From a bacterium (GTDB taxonomy: Bacteria; Methylomirabilota; Methylomirabilia; CAVQYV01), in assembly GCA_043800755.1 (NCBI GenBank), contig JAZDMQ010000058.1, forward strand, positions 1 through 36,339: a stretch of 36,339 nucleotides of DNA, given 5' to 3'. Below the pieces are notes generated by a model. That model was not told the DNA's origin. It worked only from the letters and a program-made list of their open reading frames with translations, and searched no databases. Within the stretch, counting starts at the first letter, position 1. Each line of letters starts with the position of its first letter. The position numbers and the translations under genes were made by a program. Positions 12,054 through 20,970 of the stretch are shown here, one piece after another.

Positions 12054-15000
12054 GTCTCCCTCCGACAAGAGATTCTACCCGATTCCCCTTGCGCCTTTTT
12101 GTCCCGTTTTCATCGAATCTCACCGACATCACTTTGGAGATACCCGGCTCTTCCATAGTTATCCCATAGAGGCTATCGGCGGCCTCCATGGTCTTTTTGT
12201 TGTGGGTGATCAGAATAAATTGATATTCCTGTGAAAACTCCTTGATGAGGGATACAAACCGCTCGATATTCGCATCGTCCAGGGGGGCGTCCACCTCGTC
12301 GAGGAGGCAGAATGGGGTAGGGCGATACTTAAAAAGGGCCAACAGGAAGGCAAGCGCGGCCAAAGCCTTCTCCCCGCCGGAGAAGAGATCGAGGTGAGAC
12401 AGGTGCTTTCCCGGAGGGGAGACCATCATCTCCACACCCAATTGCTCTTCGCCTTCCTCCTCGCTGCGCTGCAGGCGGATCTCCGCGGTGCCTCCCCCAA
12501 AAAGCCGTCCGCAATACTCCTCGAAGTATTGGTTGATGGAGCGAAAGGCCTCTCCAAAAAGCCTTTGGGTGGTCTTATTGATTTCGGAAATGGCCTGGCG
12601 GAGGGAGGACACAGAGCTGCGGAGATCATGAGCCTGGGAATTCAGGAAGAGGAACCTCTTGCTCAGGGCTTCATAATCCGCCAAGGCTGCCATATTCACC
12701 GGTTCGAGTCTTCGGCAGCGCTCTTGGTGTCGGAGCAATTCATCCTGCGCCACGGAGGTCTGCATTTTCTCTTCTTGATATCGGGCCTGTCGCTCAGCGA
12801 ACTCGGAGGGCTCAGAGCCGCTGAGGCCTTGCCGCAGGTAATGAAGGCTCTGCTCTATTTGGGCCTTTCTGATCTGCAATTCGCCCAGGGAGCCCTCGAC
12901 CTCCGAGATCTGTCGCCTCAGACGGGCCACATTCTCCTCGCTCTGGCTGAGGCGTAGGGATACCGCTGACCTCTGATTCGCAATTTCTGCCAGGGACTTG
13001 TTGATCTCCGCCTCCTGGGCACCCAGCTCAGAGAGGATTCTTTCTTTCTCTCCGGAGGAAGTCTCCATTGCCGAGCGCCTTTGCTGAACCGCGACCAACT
13101 CCCTCTGCAGTTGTTCCTTTCTCTGAAGGAAAGAATTGACCTGCTCCTCCTTCCGCGCGATCTGCGTTGCCTTCTCTCGGCGCTCTTCCTCCTGGGATCG
13201 AAGCTCTTCCTCCCCAGACGCATCCTGCTTCAGAAGTTGCTGGTGCTGGGTCCTCAGGGCTTCCACGGAGTTCTGAAGCCTTCCTATCTCCCTTTCGCAG
13301 ATCGTTTGCCGCTGTTCTTGTTCCTTCTGTTCCCGGCTGCTCGCTGACAGTTCTTCCCTGACCTGGGCGATCTCCTCTTCGGTAGCGCGCAACTCAATGG
13401 CATTGATCTCCTCTTGTTGGCCGATCTTTTCCAGATCGACTCCCAACTGGCGGCGGTCTTTCTCCAAGGTGACCCGCTCAATTTGCAGACTTTGCCCCTC
13501 TTTTTCCAGGGTTTCAGCCGTTGCTTTGATCTCCCTCTGGAGCTGCCCCAGGACTTCCCTTCTGGTCTGGACTTGCTTAAGTTCCTCTCTCGCCAGCCTC
13601 ACCCGCCCCCTGAGATCTTTGATCTCTCGCTGGCGGACCAGGAGCCCGAAGGAGGAGTGGGAGGGTAATCGAATCGATCCCCTCGGCGTGACCACTTCCC
13701 CCCTCAAGGTGGCCACGGCCCGCACTCCCTCATATCGCCCGAAGACCTCCAGGGCAGTCTTCAGGTCCTCCACCACCAAGTCATCGGAGAGGAGCTGTCT
13801 CACCAAGCCCTCATACCGCGGCTCACAGACGATCAGATCAATAGCCCGCCCAATAATTCCCGAAGAAGGAGGAAAATCCTCAGACCGGGCATAGGAGACC
13901 TTCCGTTCCTCTGAAGCGGACGGGAAAGACAAGGGAAGGAAGGTGGCTCCCCCTTCTTTTCGCGATTCGAGTTCCTGGATCGCCCGACGGGCCTCCTCTA
14001 AGCTATCCATGACCAGCCCTTGTAGCTCAGCACCCAAAAGGGCTTCAATTGCCTTTTCGCAGCCCGCAGTTGTTTCGACGATCTCGGTGAGAGTCCTGAT
14101 CGATCCGGTCTCCAGGGGCTCGGAAGCGTTCCTCTGCTGGAGGAGAAATTGGGCCCCCGCCCCATATCCCAAATAGCTCCTTTGCAGATCCTCATAGGAT
14201 TCGAGGCGGCTGGAGTATTCGCCTACCTGCCGTTGCCAACGGGTGAGGGCGAGATCAACATCCTCCTGCTCTTTCGTCGTAGAGGCTAAAGAAGTGGCGA
14301 TCTCGGCGCGCTTGGACTCCCATTCGCTGCACCTGGAGGCCCAGCCCCTCATTTCTGCCTCCACGCTTGTGTCCTTCTCTCGGAGATGAGCGATCTCAGA
14401 AGATAGGGACTCATTCTGGGACTTCAACTTCTCCGCTTGTTGAATGAGCTTCCGATCCTGATTCTCCAAAGCCAGACATTGGTTTCGCAAACCGCTGCAG
14501 AGGGCTGCTGCCTGGAATACCTCTCTCCGTTTTTCCTCCAGGAGTCGGCTGAGTCGGTCCAACTCCTGGGAGAGGGTTTCTTTCTTCTCCTGCAATTCTT
14601 TTCGCTTCAAGGAAAGGGAATCCATCCTTTCTCCCAGGACCTCCCCTCTTTTCCTTTCCTCGGCCAGCACTTTCTGGAGTTGTTCGATCTGGGAGGAGGC
14701 GGTGCCGAGTTCAGCGTGGATCTTTTCCTCCGCTTCTCGTAACTCCCCGCCCTCCTGAACCAGCATCTCGAACTGGCCTGAAACCTTCTCGATTTCTCCC
14801 TTCAATCGATATAGTGAATTCTGAGTCTCCTGAAGGAGTCCGTCCAACTTCAAGAGGTCGATTCGCTCCAACTCCCGTTGCCCATCGACCTGGAAGACCT
14901 GAGCGGCCAAGGAGGCCTTCTCGTCGCTCCTATCTCTCAAACCGAGGGAGACCTCACCGGCCTCCGCCTCCGTCCTTTGATAATTCTCGAATCGGAGATA

Positions 15001-15681
15001 TCCCTCCAGGTATTCTATTCCTTCGCGAAGTTCCTCATATTCCCTTGCCCTCTTGGCCTGGCGATTAAGGGAGTTCCGCTGCTGCTCCACCTCGTTGATG
15101 ATATCTCCCAGGCGGGAGAGGTTCTCCTCCGCCGCTCCAAGCTTGGCGACAGCCGCCCTCTTCCGCAGCTTGTATTTCATGATCCCCGCGGCTTCCTCGA
15201 TCATCGCCTTCCTTTCGCCGGGCTTGATCTCAATGACGGAGGCAAGGGCTCCCTGCTCGATCAAGGCATAAGGGGTGTTTCCCAATCCGGAATCGAGGAA
15301 GAGGTTCAGAATGTCGCGCAGAAGGCAAGGGGCGCCATTCAAGAAGTATTCGCTTTCCCCCGAACGAAAGAGGCGCCGGCTGACAGTGATTTCGCTAAAT
15401 TCGGTAGGGAGTTGACCTTCGTGGGCAGCGATCGTGAGGGAGACCTCGGCCATTCCCAGGGGGGGATAGGCTCCGTTCCCATTAAATATGATGTCCTCCA
15501 TCCTCTCTGCCCGGAGGGAACGATGCCCTTGCTCTCCCAGAACCCAGCGGATGGCATCGCAGACATTGCTTTTTCCGCACCCATTCGGCCCCACAACAGA
15601 GGTAATACCGGGCTCGAAGGAGATGTCGGTCTCTTGGTAAAAGGACTTGAAGCCCATCAAACGCAGGCGCGAGAGGTACAT
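12010..15681 (-). CDS. smc: Chromosome segregation protein SMC
   Basis: GFKSF, Walker A GPNGCGKSN, long coiled coils around a hinge, signature FSGGEKAL, Walker B LLDEVDAPLD, ITHNK. Confidence 0.97.
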   Translation of the reverse strand: MYLSRLRLMGFKSFYQETDISFEPGITSVVGPNGCGKSNVCDAIRWVLGEQGHRSLRAERMEDIIFNGNGAYPPLGMAEVSLTIAAHEGQLPTEFSEITVSRRLFRSGESEYFLNGAPCLLRDILNLFLDSGLGNTPYALIEQGALASVIEIKPGERKAMIEEAAGIMKYKLRKRAAVAKLGAAEENLSRLGDIINEVEQQRNSLNRQAKRAREYEELREGIEYLEGYLRFENYQRTEAEAGEVSLGLRDRSDEKASLAAQVFQVDGQRELERIDLLKLDGLLQETQNSLYRLKGEIEKVSGQFEMLVQEGGELREAEEKIHAELGTASSQIEQLQKVLAEERKRGEVLGERMDSLSLKRKELQEKKETLSQELDRLSRLLEEKRREVFQAAALCSGLRNQCLALENQDRKLIQQAEKLKSQNESLSSEIAHLREKDTSVEAEMRGWASRCSEWESKRAEIATSLASTTKEQEDVDLALTRWQRQVGEYSSRLESYEDLQRSYLGYGAGAQFLLQQRNASEPLETGSIRTLTEIVETTAGCEKAIEALLGAELQGLVMDSLEEARRAIQELESRKEGGATFLPLSFPSASEERKVSYARSEDFPPSSGIIGRAIDLIVCEPRYEGLVRQLLSDDLVVEDLKTALEVFGRYEGVRAVATLRGEVVTPRGSIRLPSHSSFGLLVRQREIKDLRGRVRLAREELKQVQTRREVLGQLQREIKATAETLEKEGQSLQIERVTLEKDRRQLGVDLEKIGQQEEINAIELRATEEEIAQVREELSASSREQKEQEQRQTICEREIGRLQNSVEALRTQHQQLLKQDASGEEELRSQEEERREKATQIARKEEQVNSFLQRKEQLQRELVAVQQRRSAMETSSGEKERILSELGAQEAEINKSLAEIANQRSAVSLRLSQSEENVARLRRQISEVEGSLGELQIRKAQIEQSLHYLRQGLSGSEPSEFAERQARYQEEKMQTSVAQDELLRHQERCRRLEPVNMAALADYEALSKRFLFLNSQAHDLRSSVSSLRQAISEINKTTQRLFGEAFRSINQYFEEYCGRLFGGGTAEIRLQRSEEEGEEQLGVEMMVSPPGKHLSHLDLFSGGEKALAALAFLLALFKYRPTPFCLLDEVDAPLDDANIERFVSLIKEFSQEYQFILITHNKKTMEAADSLYGITMEEPGISKVMSVRFDENGTKRRKGNRVESLVGGRHGNQRGLELSRPEG

Positions 15682-15758
15682 GGCAATAGTTTCTTACCAC
15701 AGGTTTTCTGGGTCTGTAAAGGGGAAAATACTATTTGGTGTATAATCGTAGAAATAAA

Positions 15759-15774
15759 CCACAATATATTGTAG
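15759..15774. promoter_or_regulatory. NrdR-box-like palindrome upstream of smc
   Basis: CCACAATATATTGTAG matches 13/16 of the consensus acaCwAtATaTwGtgt, including all core positions. A weaker half-match lies at 15726-15741. Confidence 0.6.
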
Positions 15775-15775
15775 T

Positions 15776-16471
15776 TCATTCCTGGTGATTCCTTTGCCAG
15801 TGGCAAAGGCCATCCTTGGCTGCCTCCTGTTCTGCCTCCTTCTTGTTCTTTCCCTTGCCCGTTCCCAGCACCTTTTGCCCAGCTTTAACCTCCACCCAAA
15901 AATGGGGGTCGTGAGAAGGACCCTCTTGGGCCTTCACCCGATATCGCGGGAGAATATGAAAATCGAGCTGAACCAACGCCTGCAGTCTGGATTTAGAGTC
16001 CAGGATGGAGTCGTGAGGGATGTGTCTCAGCTCTTCCTGGAGATAAGGCAAGAGGATTTGGTGCACCGGAGACCAGCCTCCATCCAGGTACAGGGCGGCG
16101 ACCAACGCCTCCAAAGCATCCGCCAGGATCGACTGCTTCTTCCTGCCCGTGGACATCTCTTCCCCCTTGCCCAATCTGAGGAAATCTCCTAGGCGCATGC
16201 CCTTCGCGATGCGGGCCAGAACCTTTCGGCTGACCAGGTATCCCTTGAGGGTGGAGAGGTCCCCTTCTCGGGCTATGGGATAGATTTCATACAGTAGTTG
16301 GCTCACCAAAAAGCCAAGAATGGCATCCCCCAGGAATTCCATTTTTTCGTTGTGGCTAGGAGTTTCCACGGCGGCCAACCTTTCGCCTTGCAGAGACCGG
16401 TGGGTTAAGGCACAGGCCAGGAGGTCAGGGTTCCGAAATCGATAGCGTAAGAGGCGCTCGATCTCTTGCAA
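15776..16471 (-). CDS. rnc: Ribonuclease III
   Basis: ALTHRS, NEKMEFLGDAIL, EGDLS, LADALEALVAA-YLD-G, dsRBD (DSKSRLQ...KKEAEQEAA). TTG start 9 nt after AAGGAGG. Confidence 0.97.
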   Translation of the reverse strand: MQEIERLLRYRFRNPDLLACALTHRSLQGERLAAVETPSHNEKMEFLGDAILGFLVSQLLYEIYPIAREGDLSTLKGYLVSRKVLARIAKGMRLGDFLRLGKGEEMSTGRKKQSILADALEALVAALYLDGGWSPVHQILLPYLQEELRHIPHDSILDSKSRLQALVQLDFHILPRYRVKAQEGPSHDPHFWVEVKAGQKVLGTGKGKNKKEAEQEAAKDGLCHWQRNHQE

Positions 16472-16521
16472 CGGATCATTCCTCCTTCTCGTCTTGTGGG
16501 GCTTTCATCTTTCCAGCAAGC

Positions 16522-16551
16522 AATATAGCATGAGGATTTGAGATTGCTCAA
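16522..16551 (-). promoter_or_regulatory. Sigma70-type promoter for rnc
   Basis: Minus strand TTGAGC, 18-bp spacer, TGcTATATT. Confidence 0.5.
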
Positions 16552-16573
16552 TAGGCCGATGGAGAAAATATCC

Positions 16574-16602
16574 TTGACAAAGTGGGTAAGTAAATAATAT
16601 AT
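16574..16602 (+). promoter_or_regulatory. Possible divergent promoter for the glcD-like cluster
   Basis: Perfect TTGACA at 16574-16579 and AT-rich TAATATAT downstream; the spacing to the best -10 hexamer is a short 15 bp. Confidence 0.4.
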
Positions 16603-16762
16603 CGCAATTCGATCAGGTGGGATTAAATTCGAGCCATCGCACTGGGAGGGGAGAATCCCCAGCCCTTTGCTATCCGATGAAGGAGAGGCACAGGGCGATA
16701 GGGGGCCCCATAGTCGGTGGCCAGAATTTCGTTCGCTGGACATCTTCAAGGAGTGTGCGGAA

Positions 16763-18178
16763 GTGGGTTTTAATGCCAGGACCCTCAGGAGGTTTTCCCG
16801 GATTGTGGGGCGGGAAGGCCTTCTTTCAACTTCTACCGACCTGAAGGTATACGAATACGATGCCTCCCTAGAAAGAGGGAGGCCGGCCGCGGTCGTCTTC
16901 CCTACCTCCAGGGAACAGGTAGTCCGCTTGGTCAAATTGGCCAACAAAGAGAAGATTCCCTTTGTGGCTCGGGGTTCCGGGACCAATCTGAGCGGGGGAA
17001 GTATCCCCCCAGCGGGAGGCTTGGTGATCGAGTTCTCCCGCATGAATCGTATCTTAGAGATTGACCGGGAGAATCTCTGCGCCACGGTGGAGCCAGGGCT
17101 TTACAATATTGAGCTCTCCAATGCCTTGATCCCCCATGGCTATTATTATGCCCCGGATCCCGCAAGCCAGAAGGTCTCCACCTTCGGGGGAAATGTGGGG
17201 GAAAATTCAGGGGGTCCCCACTGCCTCAAGTACGGGGTAACCACCAATCATGTCCTTGGCCTGGAAGTGGTCCTCTCTGATGGTGAGTTGGTCGAGTTGG
17301 GAGGGAAGACATCTGACCCTTTAGGATATGACCTGGTCGGGGTCTTGGTTGGATCCGAAGGAACCCTGGGTATCATTACCAAGGTTGTGGTTCGGATTAT
17401 GAGGTTGCCCGAGGCGGTCAAGACCTTTCTGGCCATCTATGACTCGATCGGGGAGGCGGGAGAGAGCGTATCGGCCATCATTGCCCAGGGCATCTTGCCA
17501 GCGACTCTGGAATTGATGGACAAGACGGTGATCGCGGCGGTGGAGGCATCCCTGAAGGCCGGATATCCTCTGGATGCAGAGGCAGTTCTTATCATAGAGC
17601 TGGATGGGCTCAAGGAAAGCATGGATAGGCTCTCGGAGAAGGTGATTCAGACCTGCCGGGAGCACGGGGTGAGAGAGGTCAAGACGGCCCAGACAGGCGA
17701 TGAGAGGGAGGCACTGTGGGCAGGCAGGAGAGGAGCCTTTGGCGCCATCGCCCGGGTAGCCCCCAACTATCTGGTAACCGACGGAACTGTGCCCCGCAAC
17801 CGGCTGCCCGAAGTCCTTCGCCGGGTGAGCGAAATTGGAAAGAAATATGACCTCCTGATCGGTAATGTACTGCATGCAGGCGATGGAAACCTCCATCCCC
17901 TGATCCTCTTCGACGAGAGAAACCAGGAACAGAGGAAAAAGGTAGTGCAGGCAGGACTGGAGATTTTGGAGGCCTGCGTGGCCGTGGGCGGAACCATCAG
18001 TGGAGAACATGGGATCGGATTGGAGAAGATCTCGGCCATGCCCCTGGTGTGTGGAAGGAGTGAACTCCAGGCCCTGCGCCATGTGAAAGAGTCCTTTGAC
18101 CCTTACTACCTCAGCAACCCCCGAAAGATTCTCCCCCCGCAGGAAGGCGAGGAGCGGGGGGAGAGGGATCGCGCATGA
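16763..18178 (+). CDS. glcD: FAD-linked 2-hydroxy-acid oxidoreductase, GlcD-like
   Basis: [63 protein letters not shown]. GTG at 16763 follows AAGGAG (track start 16667). Confidence 0.88.
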   Translation: [471 protein letters not shown]

Positions 18179-19533
18179 ATGGACGCCCCTCATACGAAAC
18201 CCTCCCGCAGGGACTCTTTTCCTCTGTTCCGACGATCCGTGATTCCCTTCGAGTTGATTCCATGCCCGTGGAGGGGAGGACTGCCAAGGGTGCCGTCTCT
18301 GCCAATTCTTTAGAGGAGATGGCAGAGTTGCTCCGGGCGGCCAGCAAGGAAAAAATAGCAATCATTCCTCGGGGATCGGGAACCATGATGGGGCTGGGGA
18401 ATCCCCCTCGAGAGGTGGATTTGGTGTTGGACCTCAGGAGGCTTAGCAGGGTCTTGGAGTACAATCCAGAAAACCTCACGGTGACCGCGGAATGCGGCCT
18501 TCCCCTCGCAGGCTTACAAGAGATTCTTGGAAGAAAGGGACAGTTTCTCCCCCTGGATCCACCCTATTTTCTCTCCGCCAGTCTGGGGGGCATTGTGGCA
18601 GCTAATGCGAGCGGTCCGAAGAGGCTTCATTTTGGCACGGTCCGCGACATGATCCTGGGTATGAGAGTTGCCCTGGCGGATGGGTCAGTGGTCAGCTTTG
18701 GAGGGCGCTGCGTCAAGAATGTCTCCGGCTTGGATATGTGCAAGCTTTTTGCAGGTTCCCTCGGAACTCTCGGGATTATCGGTGAACTCACCTTCAAGGT
18801 TCATCCCCTTCCCGAGCAGGAAGTAATTCAGGTGGGCTTTTCATCAGATCCAGCGAATTTGCTGAGGGCCTGCCATTCTTTGGTACATTCGGTCCTATTC
18901 CCTGCTGCCCTGGAGATATTGCATCCTCATTTAGCAAGGATTTGGTGTCGACAGATGGGGCTTTCCTATCCTCAGGAAGATTGGCTGATTTTGATCGGAT
19001 GGGTGGGGTTTGCTGAGGATGTGAGCCGCTTAGCCCAGGAGGGTCAAGAGGTCTTTTCCAACCACGGGGTGATGGGGGGCGAGATCTGCCCGTCCGATCG
19101 GGCCAGATCCGGATGGGAGGTCTTCGGGCAACTTCCGCGACATTTGGAAGTCCCACCTGAGGACTTGATCCTCTGTCGCATGTGCCTTCCCCTTAGCGCA
19201 TTGGAAGAGGCAATAGTGGGGTGGCAGAAGGAAGCTAAAGCTATGGGTGGCAGCTCAGCCCAATCCATCCGGGCGGGATCGGGGATCCTCTGTGGCTACC
19301 TTTTCGGTACCCAGCGAAATGAGGAAAGGACGGTGGAGGCCCTGGAGCGACTGAGGGGCTGGGCTTTAGGTTTGGGGGGAAGTCTGGTGGTCGAGAGTGC
19401 CCCCTTGTGGTTAAAAAAACGCCTGGATGTCTGGGGGCCGGTGGGGAAGCGACTCATCTTGATGAGGCGTCTGAAGGGCCATTTCGATCCCATGGGGGTT
19501 CTGAATCCGGGCAGATATCTGGGAGGGATCTAA
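18175..19533 (+). CDS. glcE: FAD-binding oxidoreductase, GlcE-like
   Basis: LPLDPP, SLGGIVAANASGP-R-G-RD, GGRCVKNVSGLD-KLF-GSLGTLG, FDP-GVLNPGR; ATGA overlap with glcD. Confidence 0.82.
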   Translation: MNGRPSYETLPQGLFSSVPTIRDSLRVDSMPVEGRTAKGAVSANSLEEMAELLRAASKEKIAIIPRGSGTMMGLGNPPREVDLVLDLRRLSRVLEYNPENLTVTAECGLPLAGLQEILGRKGQFLPLDPPYFLSASLGGIVAANASGPKRLHFGTVRDMILGMRVALADGSVVSFGGRCVKNVSGLDMCKLFAGSLGTLGIIGELTFKVHPLPEQEVIQVGFSSDPANLLRACHSLVHSVLFPAALEILHPHLARIWCRQMGLSYPQEDWLILIGWVGFAEDVSRLAQEGQEVFSNHGVMGGEICPSDRARSGWEVFGQLPRHLEVPPEDLILCRMCLPLSALEEAIVGWQKEAKAMGGSSAQSIRAGSGILCGYLFGTQRNEERTVEALERLRGWALGLGGSLVVESAPLWLKKRLDVWGPVGKRLILMRRLKGHFDPMGVLNPGRYLGGI

Positions 19534-19582
19534 GGTTACTCGTTCCGGAGAGCATGAAAAGCAGACCGACCTGACCAGATCG

Positions 19583-20632
19583 TTGCCGAAATTGGTGGCA
19601 TGGGAGTCTACCCGTGCCTGCCGGCTGGCCTGTCTTCATTGTCGGGCCGAAGCTCAGCCCGAACCCCACCCCCACCAGTTGGGAAAAGAGGAGGTCTTTC
19701 GTCTCATCGACGAGATCGCTGCGTTTTCCCGGCCTATCTTGATTATTACCGGAGGAGATCCGCTATTGCGGGAGGATATCTTCGAGATCTCGGCATATGC
19801 GGAAAGAAAAGGCCTGCGCCCGGTAATGTCACCCAGCGGCTCCCGCATCACCCCCGAGATCATTGAGAAGATGATGACCTGCGGCATCAAGCGGATTTCC
19901 ATGAGCCTTGATGGTCCCCACGCTGAGGTCCATGATTTCTTTCGCCAGGTGAGGGGGTGCTTCGATCAAACCCTTCAGGCCCTGGAATATGCCAGGAAAG
20001 CGGACCTTCCCTTTCAGGTCAACACCACGGTTACCCGCCACAACCAGGGAGATCTCCCGGCGATCCGGGATCTGGTTCTGTCGCTGGGCGCAGTGGCTTG
20101 GGACCTTTTCATGTTCATACCCACTGGTCGTGGCCGAGCTGAGCTGGCCCTCTCCCCCGGGGAATACGAGGAGGTCATGGCCTGGGTCCATGAGGCCAGC
20201 CTCGGATCCCCCATTTTGATCAAAATGACCTGCTCACCTCAATACCGGAGAGTCTTAGATCAACATGGGGCGATTCAGAAAAGGACGCACCCTGTGGGTC
20301 GCGGATGCATGTGCGGAGGTGGATTCTGCTTTGTTTCCCACGTCGGCGAGGTCCTCGGCTGTGGGTACCTGCCCTTGGTGGCGGGGAATGTGCGAAAACA
20401 GAGCTTCCAGGAGATCTATCAAAACTCGCTCCTCTTTCGTCAGCTGAGAGACCCATCCTCCTTGAGGGGGAAATGCGCCCGTTGCGAATTCAGGATGCTC
20501 TGCGGCGGTTGCCGGGCGCGCGCCTTCGCAATCTCGGGAGATGCGTTAGGAGAGGAGCCTTATTGCCTTTACCAACCCCGAGCAGGAAGAGAGGAAACAG
20601 ATGCGAGAGGAAGTGGAAAAGACCCTGGCTGA
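19583..20632 (+). CDS. Radical SAM/SPASM protein, AhbD (heme b synthase)/NirJ-like
   Basis: LVAWESTRACRLACLHCRA (CxxxCxxC), TGGDPLLR, TC-PQY-R, SPASM GC...GFCFVSH-GEV-GCGYL...KCARCEFR-LCGGCRARA...EP-C. Start codon uncertain. Confidence 0.8.
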   Translation: MPKLVAWESTRACRLACLHCRAEAQPEPHPHQLGKEEVFRLIDEIAAFSRPILIITGGDPLLREDIFEISAYAERKGLRPVMSPSGSRITPEIIEKMMTCGIKRISMSLDGPHAEVHDFFRQVRGCFDQTLQALEYARKADLPFQVNTTVTRHNQGDLPAIRDLVLSLGAVAWDLFMFIPTGRGRAELALSPGEYEEVMAWVHEASLGSPILIKMTCSPQYRRVLDQHGAIQKRTHPVGRGCMCGGGFCFVSHVGEVLGCGYLPLVAGNVRKQSFQEIYQNSLLFRQLRDPSSLRGKCARCEFRMLCGGCRARAFAISGDALGEEPYCLYQPRAGREETDARGSGKDPG

Positions 20633-20819
20633 GATCAGGCCTCTTTTGCAGGCGGATGGGGGAGACATCGAGTTGGTTGAGGTCGAGGGAGGTGTGGTTA
20701 AGGTGAAGTTGACGGGGGCTTGTGGAGGTTGTCCGATGGCCACCCTGACGCTGAAGAACCATGTGGAGCGAAAGTTGAGGGAGGCGTTGCCCGGGATTAA
20801 AGAGGTTGTCGCCCTGTAA
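20601..20819 (+). CDS. NifU/NfuA C-terminal-domain Fe-S carrier (72 aa)
   Basis: IRP-LQADGGDIEL, LTGACGGCPMATLTLK (CxxC). Confidence 0.92.
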   Translation: MREEVEKTLAEIRPLLQADGGDIELVEVEGGVVKVKLTGACGGCPMATLTLKNHVERKLREALPGIKEVVAL

Positions 20820-20970
20820 AAGGGAAGAGATCGCCGGACGGGCTCAAATTCCCTCATGTTATCGAATCGGCCCCGGAGGCCCGAGGCTTCGATCGGGTCG
20901 ATCCGCCTGCCAGGGATGCGGCCGAGGCGTTGCGGCACCAAGGGTGAGATAATCTCCCAGGAGATAATGG

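Noticed and set aside
15736..15746. Plus-strand TATAAT as an antisense promoter into rnc
   Set aside because: No -35 box at the correct spacing and no TGn extension; likely a product of the AT-rich operator region.
19534..20970. RiPP precursor peptide for the SPASM enzyme
   Set aside because: The adjacent small ORF is a clear NifU domain, no RRE/PqqD or transporter gene is present, and the enzyme motifs are AhbD-like.
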